Positions 62,355 to 64,000 of a stretch of 64,000 bases of DNA are shown piece by piece. The notes beneath the pieces are model-generated. The model was not told the DNA's origin and searched no databases. It was given only the letters and a program-made list of their open reading frames with translations. Source of the stretch: the human T2T-CHM13v2.0 reference genome, Homo sapiens. A program made the position numbers and the translations under genes. Within the stretch, counting starts at the first letter, position 1; every line of letters begins with the position of its first letter. The stretch is from the NCBI RefSeq assembly GCF_009914755.1, contig NC_060930.1; one strand, 5' to 3'.

Positions 62355-63050
62355 ATTCATTCTGCAAATATTTGTTGAGTATAACTGCCAGGGCACTGTT
62401 CAATGTGCTCCCAGTACACCAGTGAGCACAGCAGCCTAAGTTCCATGGCCTTTGAGAGTTACATTCTAGTGGGAGAGACATGATAAAACAGAATAAGGCC
62501 AAGGCAGGAGGATCACTTGAAGCCAGGAGTTTGAGGCCAGCCTGGGAAACAGAGTGAGACCCTCATGTCTACTAAATAAATTAATTAATTAAAAAAAAAA
62601 ACTGGGCTTGGTGGTCCACACTTGTAAGCCCAGTTACTTGGGAGGCTGAGGCAAGAGGATCCCTATAACTCAGGATTTCGAGGCTGCAGTGAGCTATAAT
62701 CACATTATTGCACTCCAGCTTGCAAGACGGACCAAGGCCCTATCTCTAAAATATCAAACAAACAAAGAAAAATATAACAAATAACAAGATTACATAGATG
62801 TTAAAAGGTGGTAAGGACTATGAAAAAAACCAAAAATACTCAACATCAAGAAAAGGATTGAGTATGCAGTGGTAGGGTAGAGGGTGAGGGAGAAGTGTGG
62901 ATTGAATTCTTCAATAGGGTAGGTGGGATGAACCTCATTGAGAAGGTGAAAAGTGAGCAGAGATTTGAAGGAAGTGAGAGAGTAAGCCAAGTGGGTGTCT
63001 GAAAGAGCAGTGGCCCTGGCAGAGGAAAGAGGTAGAACAAATATACAACT
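62355..63050 (-). mobile_element. L2 fragment interrupted by an Alu
   Basis: 'cattcattctgcaaatatttgttgagt...ttacattctagtgggagagaca' and 'ctcattgagaaggtga'. Confidence 0.75.
62497..62775 (+). mobile_element. 5'-truncated AluJ-like element
   Basis: 'ggccaaggcaggaggatcacttgaagccaggagtttgag...gaggctgcagtgagctat'. Confidence 0.9.
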
Positions 63051-63266
63051 CCAGCAGTTTCCTAAGGCAGCTAGAATGTCCCCAGATGATGAACATCAGA
63101 ATTGGCTGCACCACTAGAAATCGTATGACTGAATTTTATTTTTCACAGATAAGGAAACCAAGGCTGAAATAAGGTCAATGACTTCTCCAGGATTCCATGT
63201 CTAGTTTATAGAAGAAGCAGCTCTAGCACAGCTCCTAGCCCAGCTCTTCTGAAAGTCATTGCAGAC

Positions 63267-63598
63267 TTTCTTTCTTTTTACTTTTTCTTTTCTTTTTTCT
63301 TTTCTTTTCTTTTCTTTGAGACAGAGTCTCTTCTGTCTCCCAGGCTGGAGTGCAGTGGTGTGATCTCAGCTCACTGCAACCTCTGCCTCCTGGGTTCAAG
63401 TGAGTCTCCTGCCTCAGCCTCCTGAGTAGCTGGGACTACAGGCGCCCACCAACACGCCTGGCTTATTTTTGTATTTTTAGTAGAGATAGGGTTTCACCAT
63501 ATCAGCCAGGCTGGTCTCCAACTCCTGGCCTCAGGTGGTCTGCCCATCTCGGCCTCCCAAAGTGCTGGGATCACAGGCATGAGCCACTGTGCTCAGCC
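63267..63598 (-). mobile_element. Full-length AluS with a (CTTTT)n-type tail
   Basis: Dimeric Alu, directly visible. Confidence 0.95.
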
Positions 63599-64000
63599 TT
63601 CAAACTGTTATTGAACACTGCATTTGTGATGCATGCTGTGAGTGTTTCCACAAACTTGTAGATGCAGTTTTTCCTTAAAGAACTTGAAATCTAGATGTAT
63701 ACTTAAGATTGTATAAAATATAGGATAAAATTTAATAGTGAATAGATGAATATTAAATTGTTTCATAAAGTTTAGGCTTGAACGAGTTTAATGATGGGAA
63801 TAGTAACTGTGTGAGTCATCAGAAATGAGCCTTTTGCTATGCTTTAAACGATAGGTCAAGTAGATGAGCGAGCATGCATAGAAGGTGAATTTCAAATAAG
63901 GAGAGCAGGGTGAAATAAATTATTCAACACTTGGCCTCTAATACATTTCATGTGTGAAGAAGTGTGTGTTACTGGATTCAGAGATGCCTGCAATATTGTC

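Overview
AT-rich, repeat-dense primate genomic DNA (hominoid, most likely human). I recognise no intact host protein-coding gene; nearly all long ORFs in the track are LINE-1 ORF1/ORF2 remnants or repeat-derived noise. Three large minus-strand L1PA elements of different ages dominate: about L1PA5/6 at 14.6-20.7 kb, about L1PA3/2 at 39.0-45.0 kb inside a THE1 LTR, and about L1PA7/8 at 47.3-52.5 kb with its 3' end missing. Alus, MaLR LTRs, Tigger1, MER44, MER63, MER94, L2, MIR and old L1M fragments are also present. Most notable: (1) a ~250-bp mitochondrial CYTB insertion (NUMT) inside the third L1, with locally templated junctions and a nearby deletion breakpoint; (2) an apparent TSD enclosing the first L1 plus an upstream Alu fragment and a short 3' extension (candidate 5' and 3' transduction); (3) a compact two-exon, TATA-to-AATAAA, + strand micro-gene-like structure at 23.35-24.6 kb; (4) an intact, extended ORF0 and a G-quadruplex/DR1-forming repeat expansion in the young L1 5'UTR; (5) scattered + strand candidate exons suggesting a spliced non-coding host transcript. 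Repeat subfamily names come from recall of consensus sequences, not from a database search. I found no new system that I can establish from sequence alone.
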